A stretch of DNA of 64,000 bases from Raillietiella orientalis (lineage: Eukaryota), in assembly GCA_036172245.1 (NCBI GenBank), contig JAYWIR010000024.1, positions 310,001-374,000 on the forward strand. Direction: 5' to 3'. The position numbers and the translations under genes were made by a program. Shown piece by piece: positions 61,201 through 64,000 of the stretch. Numbering within the stretch: position 1 is the stretch's first letter; each line of letters opens with the position of its first letter. The notes below the pieces were generated by a model that saw only the letters and a program-made list of their open reading frames with translations, had not been told where the DNA came from and searched no databases.

Positions 61201-64000
61201 ACCCACCCCTTGAAAAAATGCCGACCTGGAGATAGGGGCCTGCCCTAAATCACGGCTCAGGTACGGAAAACTGGCACCCGATTGAAGGCACAGGTTCCTT
61301 CATCACGTCTTCGGGATGCACTGGTGTGCGACAAGGACATGCGACCGGCTGACCTCGGCACTTTCCTTCTTCCGGCAAGATCGAGGCGATTGCTCTTTGA
61401 TCTTAGATGTCACTAGATGTCCGCACATCCACGTCCCAATCCTCCTCCTCTTCCTCATCCTGCTCATCATCGTAACCATTCTCGTTCTCGGAGTCTCTGC
61501 CGCCGTCATCCCGAATAAGAAGGGCGTGCAACTCCTCTAGGTGGCCAGAAGGAAATTTGCAGATTCACTTCCGTTCCTCGTCGCTGGAGGTTTGCATCTT
61601 CAATAGGCTTCGATTCTTCGGAATCATGTGCTGATCTTTCTGGTTCCGACTCCTCTCTTCTCTCGAAGCTGCACATGCCCAGCTCCCAGGAGGCGGGCAA
61701 ACAGGAGAAGAATCTTCGGAGCGCCGCACCCGCCAAGGAAAAAGAACCCGAGAGGTCATCCCTAGCTCGCAAGATCCCTCAAACTTTCTGATAGAGGGGT
61801 ATGCCTAGTATGTTGGTACAGCAGCGGAAGAACCCATCTCTGTACATCCCGCATTCTTACTTACAAAGGAGACCTTCGCCTCGAGAACTGCCATCCCTTC
61901 TCTCACAGAAGAGCGTCTTCCATCCCTAGGTCGGCATTTTGCCTTGCAGCCGCTTCTCAGGAAGAGGCTAGAGGAACATCGAAAGTGCTCCCACATGAGT
62001 GAACGAAAACTTCCCCAGAAGTGCTTTATTCCCTCTCTGATGTATTCATCCTTTTCTTCCCGTCTGTGGAACTTTTTGCCTTCAATCAATGAAATTCAAA
62101 ACAAAATCCAGTGCTAAGGGGGGCGAGTGGGGGATCCGGCCTTCAACCACCCCTAGGCATATTGGAAACCAAGGCCGCTCCGTCTCAAGGTGGGTAGCCG
62201 AATTCGCTCCTCGAGGAGGCATACGCGTGCGAGCTGTACTGGATAGGCTTTTCTGTGATGCTCCCTTGCTGCCTGAACGAGCGCTAAGGTCAACTGTCCA
62301 CCCGCCCCGTGTAGCTGAGACGTGCCACAAGAAGCAGCAGTGATCGACCGGCTCTTCGTTACAAGGGATGAAAGAAGTTCAAGGGCGGTAGGCGTTTTTA
62401 GGAGCCACACGCGGCAGCTACTCCAGATCTGCCGCATGCACGGACCTCTGGGTTCCGGAGCATTTTCGCATCCTTGGGGGTCGTTGTGCCCCCTTCGCGG
62501 ATTACTTCTGCAGTACTGGAATGGTGACTTCCCTCCCGTGATCATCTGAGGAAGACAGCGCTCTACGTGGATAGGCATGCCGCGTGGCATGAGCGTGAGA
62601 CGAGCAGGATGCTGTGGGGCCAGGAGAGCTGCCCTCCCCTCAATGGCAGACATGGGACTGGTCGGATGGAGGACTTCTCAGATGGCACAAGCGAGGCGGC
62701 GACGAGGATCCCTCAGGGGCTGAAAGAGTTGCACTCTGTCCGCTGCAGCAGAGCTCCCCTGGCACGGTGGTAGTTTCACGGCTGGCGCCGTTGAGTGACC
62801 GAGTCGTCTTCCTTCGTCTGCAGCCCCATCCGAGACTGAGGTCATAGAGGCTGCTGCAGCTGAATCCTTGATGACACCCATTTCCTAAGAATTTTCGTTT
62901 GCGCTCTGCGCCGTCTCCTGGGAGACCGTAGGGAGGGAGCTTTCAAGGGCGGTCACAGGCGGCTTCTCCGATTTCATCTATGGAGAAGATGAAACCAAAG
63001 ACAAGCGGGCAGCTTCTTCCAGAACTCCTTCAGATGAGGTGTCCATGGTGATTCTGTCCTCTCCTCTTCCCAGAATCTTCCCAGAATAATAAGAACGTCA
63101 AAGGACGGGGCGGGGGATACCGAGGCGCTTTCCGCTACCCAAGCACCCCTCCTCTCATATTTGGGAGCTCATGTGCCACCACAGCGTTTCTCCTTGGACT
63201 TTCCACAGACACCCATAAATTCCACTTCCCGGAATGGAGGCAGTCATCAGGGCGAAGGAGGAGTGGTAAGGGCAAAGGGCCTTTTCGGGAGATTAACCTC
63301 GTAGGAAGAAAATCCGGATGGCTGGACTTGGTAGCGTTGATCCGAGGTGGCTGCGCCCAGGAGGCTGGGCTGGATGCGCCGGTTTTCCCCACGAAACAAC
63401 AGAGTTCCCACGTCTCTCTCTCCACCCTTTCCGTTGTTCCTTGCTCCCGACTCCCCCCACAGCGAAGCGGATGTCGGCTTCAGACCAGGACTCACTCTCC
63501 TCCTCCACCATAGCAAGAGAGTCACCATCCTGAGCAGAGAAACTCTCCCTCTCCCCGTTCCTTGCTTCAGCCTCGCTTCCGCGTTCTCTCCATTCCAAAA
63601 TCCGGCAGTGAGAGACACCTCTCCTTCCTAGAGTTCCCATTCTCTTCCTTTCCCAATCTCATGGGAAAAGGAGAAAGAGTTCGTCCTTCACCGCGTCCTT
63701 TTCATATGTGGACGCCAAAGGCTTCTCTGCTCCGCTCGCCCACCCACTTTTCCCTCTTCCCTCATCCCTGCCTTTCGGCAACCAGGAACTGAGAGGATCT
63801 CAGGGAAGTGACGCCCCTGCTGGTCTCTTCCCTCTCTCCTCCTCTCCCGCTGTTCCCAGCTCGCGAGGCTACAGCGGCGACCTTCTCTCCCCGTCTGGAG
63901 ATGTTTTTTGGTGTATTCTGCCTCCTGGTGGAGACAGAGGGGAAACGGAAATGGCACAGGAAAACGAGACCACGCACCGGGTCGCCAAGGGGAGATGCGG

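Noticed and set aside
61800..62900. Possible LINE ORF1 remnant
   Set aside because: Resemblance too weak, with no intact zinc knuckle.
1..64000. Hundreds of 60-360 aa ORFs in the ORF track (e.g. 4081-5169, 12355-13317, 19637-20563, 20625-21500, 59064-59774)
   Set aside because: Arg/Pro/Ser/Gly-rich, overlapping on both strands, often starting at GTG/TTG, with no domain motifs. This is expected by chance in GC-rich DNA.
1..64000. CRISPR arrays, operons, rRNA genes or prokaryotic defence systems
   Set aside because: No regularly spaced repeats, rRNA signatures or dense coding structure. Spliceosomal introns show the DNA is eukaryotic.

Overview
This is GC-rich eukaryotic (bilaterian animal) genomic DNA, not prokaryotic; the taxon cannot be fixed from the sequence. 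Nearly all ORF-track entries are spurious. Two protein-coding genes are well supported. (1) A three-exon retinal homeobox gene Rx/Rax on the minus strand (CDS 19729-19579, 16330-16044, 7288-6935; 263 aa) with octapeptide, Q50 paired-like homeodomain, Rx domain and an unusually divergent OAR motif, plus a CpG-rich promoter. (2) A divergent PACRG-family gene whose conserved coding region lies in a single exon (57426-58145, +). Much of the rest appears to be heavily decayed L1/Tx1-like non-LTR retrotransposon sequence, recognisable only as scattered motifs. This includes a same-strand head-to-tail run at about 22.6-35.9 kb in which two copies are visibly paralogous. Two long inverted-repeat pairs, a perfect 14-bp hairpin and several homeodomain/RFX motif clusters are also present. 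I found no convincing evidence of a wholly new biological system; the best leads are listed as findings. All homology calls are by eye, with no database search.
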